Origin: Myxococcota bacterium
GTDB taxonomy: Bacteria > Myxococcota_A > UBA796 > CAJQPC01
DNA: 46,588 nucleotides
NCBI GenBank assembly: GCA_036012755.1
Contig: DASCPX010000082.1
Coordinates: forward strand, 1-46,588
Reading direction: 5' to 3'
In this document: piece after piece, positions 1-9,587 of the stretch
Layout of the letters: each line of letters opens with the position of its first letter
Numbering within the stretch: position 1 is the stretch's first letter
The notes under the pieces: model-generated
What the model saw: only the letters and a program-made list of their open reading frames with translations
What the model was told of the DNA's origin: nothing
Databases searched by the model: none
Translations under genes and position numbers: made by a program

Positions 1-1
1 G

Positions 2-52
2 CTCATGCAGAGCCAGCTCGGGGCGAAGCTGACGCTGGCGGTGCCGCGATGA
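2..52 (+). CDS. 3' end of an upstream gene (partial), ...LMQSQLGAKLTLAVPR*
   Basis: Open frame from the window edge with GC-rich third positions; TGA at 50-52 overlaps ATG at 49 (ATGA coupling). Confidence 0.5.
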   Translation, partial: LMQSQLGAKLTLAVPR

Positions 53-756
53 TGGCCGTCATCGCGATGGCCGCCGCGGCCGAGCCGACCGACCTGGGGG
101 ACAACCTTGTGCAGGGCTACCAGGTCGAGCTCGAGATGACCGACGTCGTGGCCTGGCAGGACGCGGCGCCGCCCATCTGGGAGCGGGGGATGTCGGAGGC
201 GACCGAGGAGGCCCGGCTCCTGGGCGGCGGCAGGCCCATGAGCGACATCGGCGCGCTGTTCACGGTGCACGATCCGAGCCACGCGACCATCGTCTTCAAC
301 GGCGACGGGCTGTTCCAGCCCGACACGCACCACCCTGCGGAGGGGACCGTCGAGGCGGCGTGGGTCGTCGGTCGGTCGACCCGGTCGGGCAAGAACCGGG
401 CCTTGTGGACCCGCACGGGGACCCAGGTAACGCTCGTCAGCTGCTTCATGCCCCGAAACGACACGGTGGTCCTCGCCACGGTCGAGGCCGACCTGGCCGA
501 GTACGGGCTGGGCGACCCGGCCGCCTGGACCATCGTCCCGATCATGAATGGCACGAACACCCTGATGCGACCCCAGATCCCCATGCTGCTGGTGATCGGC
601 GAGGACCGGGAGACGATGAAGCTGCTCTGGCGCCTGCACACCTACGGAGGCGTGGGGTCGCGTGTGACCTGGGCCTACAACACCCCCCTGGGGGACAACC
701 TTGTGCAGGGCTACCAGGTCGAGCTCATCGTGGCCGACGCCCTGGTGATGCCGTGA
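49..756 (+). CDS. Hypothetical secreted protein, 235 aa, with the peptide LGDNLVQGYQVEL at both ends
   Basis: ATGA coupling upstream and GTGA coupling downstream; short hydrophobic N-terminus MMAVIAMAAAA; codon bias typical of the window. Confidence 0.75.
   Translation: MMAVIAMAAAAEPTDLGDNLVQGYQVELEMTDVVAWQDAAPPIWERGMSEATEEARLLGGGRPMSDIGALFTVHDPSHATIVFNGDGLFQPDTHHPAEGTVEAAWVVGRSTRSGKNRALWTRTGTQVTLVSCFMPRNDTVVLATVEADLAEYGLGDPAAWTIVPIMNGTNTLMRPQIPMLLVIGEDRETMKLLWRLHTYGGVGSRVTWAYNTPLGDNLVQGYQVELIVADALVMP
93..726 (+). repeat. Exact 40-bp direct repeat (93-132 and 687-726)
   Basis: cctgggggacaaccttgtgcagggctaccaggtcgagctc occurs twice, 594 bp apart and in the same frame. Confidence 0.95.
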
Positions 757-922
757 TCGGGTTCGTCCCGGCCGCCCTGGCGATGCCCGCCCAGGATCTG
801 TGTGCCGACGTGTCGCCCGCTCTGCCTCCGCTGGTCGCAGTCCAGTCTCTGGACGGCGTGGACCCCGTCCAGCAGGAGGCCCAGCCCAACACCGGCTCGC
901 TCGCCGAGCGCCTGGAGACCCC

Positions 923-926
<4 letters not shown>
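753..926 (+). CDS. Small protein or gene remnant, 57 aa (MIGFVPAALAMPAQDLC...)
   Basis: GTGA overlap with the upstream stop and ATGA overlap with the downstream start; short signal-like N-terminus. Confidence 0.5.
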
Positions 927-2020
<1,094 letters not shown>

Positions 2021-2750
2021 CCGAGTCCGCGAGCCTGGATCGGCTGCGCCCAGTCGGCCACCGTCGCCACCATCACCTGCCCCACCCGCTGGCTCATCCG
2101 GAGCGCCGACGAGCTGGCCGGCAGCAACAGCGGCGGCGTCGTGCTGTCCTGGGGCTGCTTCCACACCTACACCTACCGAGTGCATGACCCGGACGGGCTG
2201 CTCGAGGGCAGCGACGGCGAGCCGGTGCTGTTGGCGGTTCCCGTGGACGGCGGGACGGCCCTGTGGTCCACCCCCCGGTACAACGCGCTGGCGGACATCG
2301 TCGGCGGTCCGAAGGTGGAGATCCCCTACGAGGTCGGCCGCGTGGACAGCTACCCGCGGACGCCCGAGGCCATCGACGCATCCCCGCTGGACGAGGCCGA
2401 CCTGCTGTTCACGGACACCACCTGGTACGAAGCCAGCGACATCGGTACCGTCGAGTGGTTCGCCACGGTCGGCGAGGCCCAGACAAACGAAACGGTGGTC
2501 GGCTACAGCAAGTCGACCGACGCCGCCGTGCTGGTGGGCACCGGGTATGTGGGCATCGGCTACGACAAGGGCGCCAGCAAGGGCTACGCGCTGAGCGTCG
2601 GCGAAGAGGCCACCTTCTTCGGAGGCGTGCCGCCGATCCTCAACGACTCGGAGACCCCCGCAGACGAGTACGCAGACCACCACTTCCGTGTCTCGCCGCT
2701 GACCTATCTGGACAGCTGGCGGGGCGAAGTAGCACCCCGCCTCGATCGCG
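2021..2750 (+). pseudogene. Start-less fragment of a secreted acidic protein, resembling the C-terminal part of myxobacterial FG-GAP/VCBS-type proteins
   Basis: Strong coding bias (VVLSWGCFHTYTYRVHDP...WSTPRYNALA...FFGGVPP) in frame right after TAG 2018-2020; no RBS or signal peptide; the 3' end runs into the convergent gene (ORF to 2857). Confidence 0.5.
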
Positions 2751-3080
2751 CTACTGGTCCAGCAGCCGGCCTCCGAGGAGCTCAGCGATGTCCTCGCCCA
2801 GCTGGCAGGCGTCGTTCCAGCGGACCGCGTTGTCGGACGCCTCCTCTTCGACGCTGAGCACGCGACCGTCGCGACCCAGGTCGTAGATGCTGACCTCGAG
2901 GGTCACCGCGGGCCCGTCGTCGTCCTCTGGGACCTCGAAGAAGGCAGTCATGCAGTCGGCCTCCTCCAGCTCGACCTCGACCTCGACCCCGACATAGCGC
3001 TGGCAGATGGAGGTGGACATCTCTCGAAAGGCCCCCACGTCCATGCCGCGCATCTCTACGGTCCAGCTCATCTCGGCCAT
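2751..3080 (-). CDS. Hypothetical acidic protein, 109 aa
   Basis: GGAGG SD 4 nt before ATG; typical codon bias. Confidence 0.8.
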   Translation of the reverse strand: MAEMSWTVEMRGMDVGAFREMSTSICQRYVGVEVEVELEEADCMTAFFEVPEDDDGPAVTLEVSIYDLGRDGRVLSVEEEASDNAVRWNDACQLGEDIAELLGGRLLDQ

Positions 3081-3122
3081 GCAACCTCCAAGCGTCGGCC
3101 TCGATTCTGCTCTGTCTGGCCG

Positions 3123-3632
3123 TCAGCGTTCCACTCCCAGCGCCCACTCGTCCTCGACGACGTTCCCGCAGCTGTCCTCTGCGGTCAGGTAGAGGATGCC
3201 CTCGGAGGTGGTCCGGCCCCATCCGTCATCGTCCTCGGGCCAGCTCCAGATGAGCAGACGCTCGCCCATGAGCTGGGCGCTCTCGGCGTCGCCGCGGAAG
3301 GGGCGCTCGTAGGTCTCCAGCGTGCCGAGGGTCTCTGTTCCGGCGAGGTCCACGTACTCCAGGTAGATGTCGGGGCCGGGGTCGCCCTGCAGGAGCTGGG
3401 GCCAGGTTCCGGGCTCCAGCCCGCTCGAGCGCAGGGAGATCCAGACGTGCTCTCCGCCCTGGGGCCCGGACTCGGCCCACAGGACGTCGCCGTCTTCCAC
3501 CGGGCTGAAGTCGTCTTCACCGACACCGAGCTCGATCGAGGGCTCGTACTCGGCGGCCTTCTCACAAGGGTCCTTCGGGCCGCAGGCGACCAGGAGCGGG
3601 GCGAGGAGTGCTGTGGCGAGGAGGGCGCGCAT
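3123..3632 (-). CDS. Hypothetical lipoprotein, 169 aa
   Basis: Canonical signal MRALLATALLAPLLVAC; GGAG upstream; motif GPQGGEHVWISLR. Confidence 0.8.
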   Translation of the reverse strand: MRALLATALLAPLLVACGPKDPCEKAAEYEPSIELGVGEDDFSPVEDGDVLWAESGPQGGEHVWISLRSSGLEPGTWPQLLQGDPGPDIYLEYVDLAGTETLGTLETYERPFRGDAESAQLMGERLLIWSWPEDDDGWGRTTSEGILYLTAEDSCGNVVEDEWALGVER

Positions 3633-3883
3633 GGGGGCTCCGACTGTGGCCCCAGCTGCTTCAAGACTCGTGCCAGGGCGGTCGATTCGCACCACCAGCT
3701 GATCTTCGGCGGTTCGAGGTCATGCTGGCGGCCCAGATCCCGACATGTGTGTCGCTGTCTCTCCGCCCCGCAGCCCCGGGTTGTCGTCGGATGACGAGAT
3801 GCTGTCGCCGTTCGAGGACGCGGGACCGCCGCCGCTGTCCCGCCGATGCTGATGGTTCCCCACTCCGCGATGTGCTGGAGCCT

Positions 3884-3899
3884 CGGCACGGGCCTTGCT
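3884..3899 (+). promoter_or_regulatory. Putative sigma54 -24/-12 promoter
   Basis: cGGCACgggccTTGCt (GG-N10-GC), about 25 nt upstream of ATG 3924. Confidence 0.55.
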
Positions 3900-3923
3900 C
3901 GAGAGAGGGTCCAGGAGGTTCCC

Positions 3924-4687
3924 ATGTTCACGCTCCTTTTCGCCTGCAGTGGCTCGCAACCCCACGACTCGTTCGTGGACTCGGGAGGGGAGACGGGTCT
4001 CTTGGCAGAGGAATACGAGCTCCGGGCCGAGTGCCCGGAGACCTCGCGTCCCTGCCGCCGGTGGCCCCGAACGTGATGCTCGTCGTGGACCGCAGCGGGT
4101 CGATGGCGCCCCACTGGGAGTCCCTCCTTCAGCTGACGCCCTATGTCGAGGCCATGGGGGACCTGACTCGCACGGGTCTCGCCCTCTTCCCCGACCAGCA
4201 CGGCAGCTGCAGCGTCGAGGAGTCCATCTCGGTGCCCGTCGCCGCCGGGACAGCCAGCGAGATCATGGACACCCTCGCCGAGTCGTGGGCCGCGGGGAGA
4301 ACACCGATGACGGCGGTGCTCGCTCGAATACAGGCCCACGGACGACTCCAGGACCCCTACCGCGAGAACGTCGTGGTCCTCGTCAGCGACGGGGCCCCCA
4401 ACTGCGGCGGGAGCTCGAGCTCTGCCGTCAGCGCCGTCACGGACATGGTGACCCCGGAAGAACCGGTGAAGATGCACTTCATCGGCTTCGCCGCCAGCGC
4501 CGCGGCCAACCAGACCCTCGAGGAGATGGGAGAGGCAGCCGAGGTCACCACCGGTGAAGGCATGGTGCCTCCTGGGTCTCCGCTGGAGGCTACCGCGAAC
4601 GTGGCAGGGGTCTTCGAGTCTCGTGTTTGTTCCGTTCGCGTGGGCGAGTGGACGCCGAACGCACGTCCCGACGAAGGGAGCGCCCCC
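3924..4687 (+). CDS. VWA-domain lipoprotein (frameshift near 4040; no stop of its own, reads into the next gene)
   Basis: AGGAGG SD then MFTLLFAC; after a one-base shift, MIDAS motifs VMLVVDRSGSM, GRTP and VLVSDGAPNC. Confidence 0.7.
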
Positions 4688-5863
4688 ATGACCAGGCTCG
4701 CCAACGTGCTGCTGTTGGGCGTCGCCCTTGCCCTCGTCGCCTGCAGCGAGTCCGAGAAGGTCGTCTCCGGACCGGTGGACGAGCCGGTGGACGAGCCGGA
4801 GGGCGAGTCGGCGAGGGTCTGCGCGCCAGAAGCCGTCAGGCTCGACTGCGTCGACGAGGACGCAAACGGGATCTGCCTTCCCTGGGACAACTGCCCGGAG
4901 CAGGCCAACACCGACCAGCTCGACACCGACGACGACGGCGTGGGCGACAGCTGTGATGCCTGTCCCTTCGATCCCAACGAGGATCCCTGTCCCGAGTGGT
5001 GTGGCGACTTCCCCGAGGGAACCGTGGTGTTGCCTGGGTACTCGCTGTCGGTGTTCGCAGATGGCCTGGACACGCCCTCGGCGCTGGCGACGCTCCCGGG
5101 CGGTGGGTTGATAGTCGGTGCGGGCGCCGGCACCTGGAACGCCGTGCCCGTCGTGCACCTGGACGCCTCCGGAACCGAGCAGGTCTGGTCCACGTCGGTG
5201 GACGATCCGGACGGCGTGGATCTGGACTCCTCCGGTCGGGTCTACGTGGCTGGGTCGAGCCGGGTGAGTCGGGCCCTGTCGGTCGGCGATCTCGGCTCGG
5301 GGAGCGAGTGGAGCACCTGGTACCAGACCGGCGGCAACCTGAACGACATCGTCATCGACACCTGGCGCGGCGACATCGTCTACGTCGCTCAGGACGGCGG
5401 CTCCGTGCAGATGCTGGACCCCACCGCCGGCGATCTGGAGCTCGAGACCATCACCTCATTCGGTGACCAGCCGAGCATCGCTCTGCACTCCGACACCGGC
5501 AATCTGTGGGTCATCCTCGCCAACGACAACTTGCTGTACGAGGTCGACCCATTCACCGGCGACACGGAGCTGCGCGCCGACTGGAGCTCCGATCACGGAA
5601 TCGTGCGGACGAACATGATCGCCTGGGACGAGGACGGCCAGCACCTCTACGGCAGCGTCTACACCCTCGACGGAGTCCCCATCGATGGTGCGCATATAGG
5701 TCGCTGGGACCCCGCGGAGCCAGAGGCGATGGAGTACCTCGTCGAGGGCATCCACCTCACCGATCCCAAGAACAACGCCATCGACGTCGCCGTCGGCGCG
5801 GTCTGTACCTGGTTCTCCTCGCCGCTGAGCGGAAAGGTGCACCAGGTCTGCCAGTGCCCCTGA
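4688..5863 (+). CDS. Lipoprotein with a thrombospondin type-3 repeat and an NHL/SMP-30-like beta-propeller, 391 aa
   Basis: GGGAG SD, MTRLANVLLLGVALALVAC, DNCPEQANTDQLDTDDDGVGDSCD, FADGLDTPSAL and PDGVDLDSSGRVYV blades. Confidence 0.8.
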   Translation: MTRLANVLLLGVALALVACSESEKVVSGPVDEPVDEPEGESARVCAPEAVRLDCVDEDANGICLPWDNCPEQANTDQLDTDDDGVGDSCDACPFDPNEDPCPEWCGDFPEGTVVLPGYSLSVFADGLDTPSALATLPGGGLIVGAGAGTWNAVPVVHLDASGTEQVWSTSVDDPDGVDLDSSGRVYVAGSSRVSRALSVGDLGSGSEWSTWYQTGGNLNDIVIDTWRGDIVYVAQDGGSVQMLDPTAGDLELETITSFGDQPSIALHSDTGNLWVILANDNLLYEVDPFTGDTELRADWSSDHGIVRTNMIAWDEDGQHLYGSVYTLDGVPIDGAHIGRWDPAEPEAMEYLVEGIHLTDPKNNAIDVAVGAVCTWFSSPLSGKVHQVCQCP

Positions 5864-5869
5864 GGGCGG

Positions 5870-7087
5870 TCAGAAGCAGAGCGACTCGCACTCGTTGAAG
5901 GCCCGCAGGCAGATCTCTCCGTTGGTCGCCGAGGAGTGCTCGGTCCAGCTCTGGTCGGCGAAGTCGTAGGTCCACAGGTCGTTGACGACCCCACAGTCCG
6001 TCTTTCCGCCGAAGATGACGAGGCGGCCGTCGTCGGTCTCGGCGCTCGCGGCAGAGTAGCGGCGCTCCGGCGAGTCGAGGTCGGGGGTCGTGAAGTCGGC
6101 CGGGAAGTCGCAGATCCCCTCGCCCGGGGTGTTGTACACATCTCCGGCCGAGAGCTCGGTCCAGGCTTCGCTGGCGAGATCGAAGGCCCAGACCTGGTTG
6201 GTGTTTCCGAGCTCACCGTCGTCGTGGCCGCCGAAGAGGATGATCCGGTCGCGATCGTCATCGACCGCGAGGTTCGGAACGAGCCGGCCTTCGGGAGCGT
6301 CGTTGCGACCCGTGTGGAGACGGCTCCATGTCCACGTCGCCGCGTCGAGGGCCCAGAGATCCCCGAAGAAGGGCCCGACGAAGGCGTTCTCGTCTCCACC
6401 GCCGTAGACGTACATCGTGGCCCCGTCGGCGCTGAGCGCAGAGGAATGGAAGAGGCGATCGTTTGGCGTGGAATCGGCAAGATCGTCCCTGAGCTCCTCC
6501 CACTCCAGGGTGTCGAGGTCCAGCGCCCACAGGTCGCCGAGCACGCTGAAGGAGGCGTCGCTGGCGGCCTTGTTGCCGCCGTAGATGACGAAGCGCCCGT
6601 CGATGATCTCTGCTGTGTGGTTGACCCGCGCGTCAGGGCCGCCGCTGGCCAGGAGCGACCAGGTGTCGGTCGCGAGGTCCAGCCCCCAGACCTCGTCGTA
6701 GAGCGTGTAGTTGCCGCTCGTGCCCTGGCGGAAGCGTCCCCCGTGCACGATCCAGAGGCCGCGCTCGGTGTCGACGGCCGAGGCATAGCGCCCACGGGCC
6801 GAGGGTCCATCCGCGATGGCCTGGAAGTCGCCGCAGTCCGCGTTCCAGGCCCACGTCGCAGCCGTGAAGTCGGCCGCCCCGTAGCTGCACTCCACCGGCA
6901 CGCCCATGTTGCCGCCGAGGAAGACGAAGCGCGCGCGCTCCGCGTCCCAGCCACCTTCGAGCTCGCCAGTGGCCGCCGGGATCTGCGAGAAGTCCCGGGT
7001 GGAGCAGTCGACCTCTTCGATGACGCCGGAGTCGTCGTTTGGTCGGTTGCAGGCGGAGAGCGCGATGATCGTGGTGATGAGGGGCAC
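5870..7087 (-). CDS. Kelch-repeat lipoprotein, about 405 aa
   Basis: LSAC lipobox; six Kelch blades (hhhGG...DLWALDL...W); GTG start inferred. Confidence 0.85.
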   Translation of the reverse strand: MPLITTIIALSACNRPNDDSGVIEEVDCSTRDFSQIPAATGELEGGWDAERARFVFLGGNMGVPVECSYGAADFTAATWAWNADCGDFQAIADGPSARGRYASAVDTERGLWIVHGGRFRQGTSGNYTLYDEVWGLDLATDTWSLLASGGPDARVNHTAEIIDGRFVIYGGNKAASDASFSVLGDLWALDLDTLEWEELRDDLADSTPNDRLFHSSALSADGATMYVYGGGDENAFVGPFFGDLWALDAATWTWSRLHTGRNDAPEGRLVPNLAVDDDRDRIILFGGHDDGELGNTNQVWAFDLASEAWTELSAGDVYNTPGEGICDFPADFTTPDLDSPERRYSAASAETDDGRLVIFGGKTDCGVVNDLWTYDFADQSWTEHSSATNGEICLRAFNECESLCF

Positions 7088-7145
7088 GAGGACATGTAGT
7101 GGGTCCCCTATGCCACGTCTACGGCGAGTCGGACTACGATGCGCC

Positions 7146-7703
7146 ATGTCCCTGTTCTATGTGCCGCGGAGCGCGACCTTCACGGACGCGGCGCCGACCA
7201 TCTCGACTCCCTTCGGGCCGCTCCGGCTGGTCGCCACCGTCGCCGGGGTCCAGCTGCCAGTCGCGGACCGTGCGGTCATGGCGGGCAACGACGACCGCTA
7301 TCTCTCCTGGGAGGGCTCCTTCGGCGAGGTCGCGCTCAAGTTCCTCGCCCCCCGCCCTCGCATCGACCGCAGCCTCGTGCTCACGGCCCTTCGCGTAGGG
7401 GTCTGGCGCTTCGCGCTGCAGGAGGCGGTTCCGGTCACGCTCACCGCCCGTTTCCTCGGCGGGCTCTCGCTCTCGGACCTCGGCGGAGGCTGCTGGGCGG
7501 ATGATGAGAACGTGCTCTGCGTGGGGGCGAGCCACGGGGCCGACTTTCTCTCAGACGGCCTCCAGATCGATGTCCTCGGGGTCCGTGAGTGCCACATCGC
7601 GGTCGCCTGGGCGCCCAATGACGAGGGCGTCCGGGGAGCACACCAGGTGAATCCCGCCGCCGCTGCTGCGCTGTCGGTCGACGCCTCCGGGTTCGACCTG
7701 TAG
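7146..7703 (+). CDS. Hypothetical protein, 185 aa
   Basis: ATG 5 nt after a TACGAT box; typical codon bias. Confidence 0.6.
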   Translation: MSLFYVPRSATFTDAAPTISTPFGPLRLVATVAGVQLPVADRAVMAGNDDRYLSWEGSFGEVALKFLAPRPRIDRSLVLTALRVGVWRFALQEAVPVTLTARFLGGLSLSDLGGGCWADDENVLCVGASHGADFLSDGLQIDVLGVRECHIAVAWAPNDEGVRGAHQVNPAAAAALSVDASGFDL

Positions 7704-7807
7704 GTCCGAACTGGTACCGATGACGCTCGAATCTGCGCGATGATGGAGATTGAACGGAGGTCCCGGTGCCACCCGGAGAGCAAAGACGGTCCAGCAGCGG
7801 CGAGCAG

Positions 7808-8245
7808 ATGTGTACCGCGGAGGACAACTACTCCTACGAAGACCAGAACATGTGCGTCGCGCGCCCGGACCAGCAGTCCGCCATCGGCAACCTGGTCGTC
7901 ACCATCATCCAGGACCTCTACCGCCAGAACCCCGGGCTCGAAGGGCGCGAGCTCGTGAGGGCAGCCTGGCGTGACGCCGTCACCCTCCGCAACCGGCACG
8001 GCCAGGACCTGAACCTCGCCGCCGCCGAGCACTTCCTCTACTCCTGTGGAGAGACCGAGGGTCTCGGCTCCGGGCTGTAGATGCAGCTCCTTGCGACCGG
8101 CTACTCGGGCATCAAGGCCGCGCTCGACCTGGTCGGGCAGCGCGACATCCTGAGCACGGACGGGAGTCCCACGTCGGAGCCCAGCGCCGGGGTCTACGGC
8201 TGGGGCATGCGCGGAGCGACCAAGACCTGCGGAGACCTGGAGTAG
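7808..8245 (+). pseudogene. Hypothetical protein interrupted by one in-frame TAG (8078-8080)
   Basis: Coding bias continues across the stop: ...LAAAEHFLYSCGETEGLGSGL*MQLLATGYSGIKAA...PTSEPS...WGMRG...LE*. Confidence 0.55.
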
Positions 8246-8252
8246 ACTGACC

Positions 8253-9587
8253 ATGATGTTTTTTCTGCTCCTTGCCTGCTCCGACTACAACCTCAACAGC
8301 GAGAAGCCCGACCCGAACCCGGGGGAGTTCGACAGCTCTCCTCCAGCTGGGGCCCCGGACCTGGTCGTCGATCCACTCGACGCAGAGGTCTTCGGCCACT
8401 GCGAGAGCGCGACCGTCGAGGTCAGGTTGGAGAACGTCGGCGACGCGCTGTTGACCGTGACCGGACTCGAGCTGGCTGGGGAGGGCTGGAGCATGGCCCC
8501 GGTGGACCTGCCGCTGCAGATCGAGCCGGGTTCGAGCGTCGTCGTCGAGGTCGTCGGGACCGACGGCGACGCGACGCTCACCGTCGTCAGCGATGACGGA
8601 GACGTCGAGGTGTCCCTCTCGGCGACGCCGAACCGCCCACCCGACGTGGAGATCGCCGCGCCCACCAGCGGCGAGGTCATCGACGAGGGAGTCGATCTCA
8701 AGCTCATCGCGGTGGTCTCCGACGACACCGACGCGCCAGAGGACCTCGTCGTCATCTGGACCTCTGATGTCGACGGCACCGTCGGCACCGCGACCGCAGA
8801 CAGCGTCGGCGTGGCCCAGCTCACCTGGCAAGCCGCGTCGCGGACCGCGGGAGCGCACGACCTGAGCGTCAGGGTGGTCGACTCCTGCGGCAACGCGGTG
8901 AGCGAAGAGCTGCCGATCTGCCAGCAGCTCATCACCACGACACCTTCTGTGGACCTGGCGAGCTGGAACTACGAGGGGGACGCGCGCTGGGACAGCTCCA
9001 ACAACTGGGTCGAGCTCACGGACACGGGCGGCTACCGCGTCGGTTCCGCCTTCGACATCACGACCAAGACAGTCGGAGACGCAGTCACCATCGAGTTCCA
9101 GTTCTGGATGGGCGGTGGCTCCGGGGCGGACGGCTTCGCGCTCACGGCTCTCGATCTGGATCGGGCCACCGCCTACCTCGGCAGCGCCGGGGGCTGCCTC
9201 GGCTACGGCTACGACGGAGGCGGCTGTGGCGAGATCAAGCCCGCGCTCCCTGGCTGGACCGTCGAGGTCGACACCTACCTCAACGGCGGCTGGGACCCCA
9301 CTGCGGACGACCACCTCGCCTTCATGTTCGACGGTGACATCTGGGGTGTCGAGGCCTGGTCAGCGCTCCCGGAGATGGAGGACTCGGCCTGGCACACGAT
9401 GGTCGTCGAGGTCGCCGACCCGCACGTGACGGTCAGCATCGACGGCACGACCTACATCGACCAGGATCTGTCTGGCTACTTCGGCTTCCCGGCCCACGTG
9501 GGCTTCTCTGCGGCGACCGGTGGCTCGACCAACTACCACCTGATCGATGCGCTCACGGTGACAGAGGCTGCCTGCGACGTCGAGTAG
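8253..9587 (+). CDS. Lipoprotein with Ig-like domains and a C-terminal legume-lectin-like (L-type) domain, 444 aa
   Basis: MMFFLLLAC; LENVGDALLTV (ASH/choice-of-anchor-D-like), NRPPDVEI..P Ig domain, GADGFAL / VEVDTYLN / VGFSAATGGSTNYH lectin motifs. Confidence 0.85.
   Translation: MMFFLLLACSDYNLNSEKPDPNPGEFDSSPPAGAPDLVVDPLDAEVFGHCESATVEVRLENVGDALLTVTGLELAGEGWSMAPVDLPLQIEPGSSVVVEVVGTDGDATLTVVSDDGDVEVSLSATPNRPPDVEIAAPTSGEVIDEGVDLKLIAVVSDDTDAPEDLVVIWTSDVDGTVGTATADSVGVAQLTWQAASRTAGAHDLSVRVVDSCGNAVSEELPICQQLITTTPSVDLASWNYEGDARWDSSNNWVELTDTGGYRVGSAFDITTKTVGDAVTIEFQFWMGGGSGADGFALTALDLDRATAYLGSAGGCLGYGYDGGGCGEIKPALPGWTVEVDTYLNGGWDPTADDHLAFMFDGDIWGVEAWSALPEMEDSAWHTMVVEVADPHVTVSIDGTTYIDQDLSGYFGFPAHVGFSAATGGSTNYHLIDALTVTEAACDVE

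Noticed and set aside
93..726. Diversity-generating retroelement TR/VR pair or CRISPR repeats
   Set aside because: Only two copies, fully identical with no adenine-specific mismatches, and no reverse transcriptase or cas gene in the window.
3608..5863. Single 751-aa protein as in the ORF track
   Set aside because: The first 140 or so codons look non-coding and span a promoter; separate SD and signal peptides at 3924 and 4688 indicate two genes.
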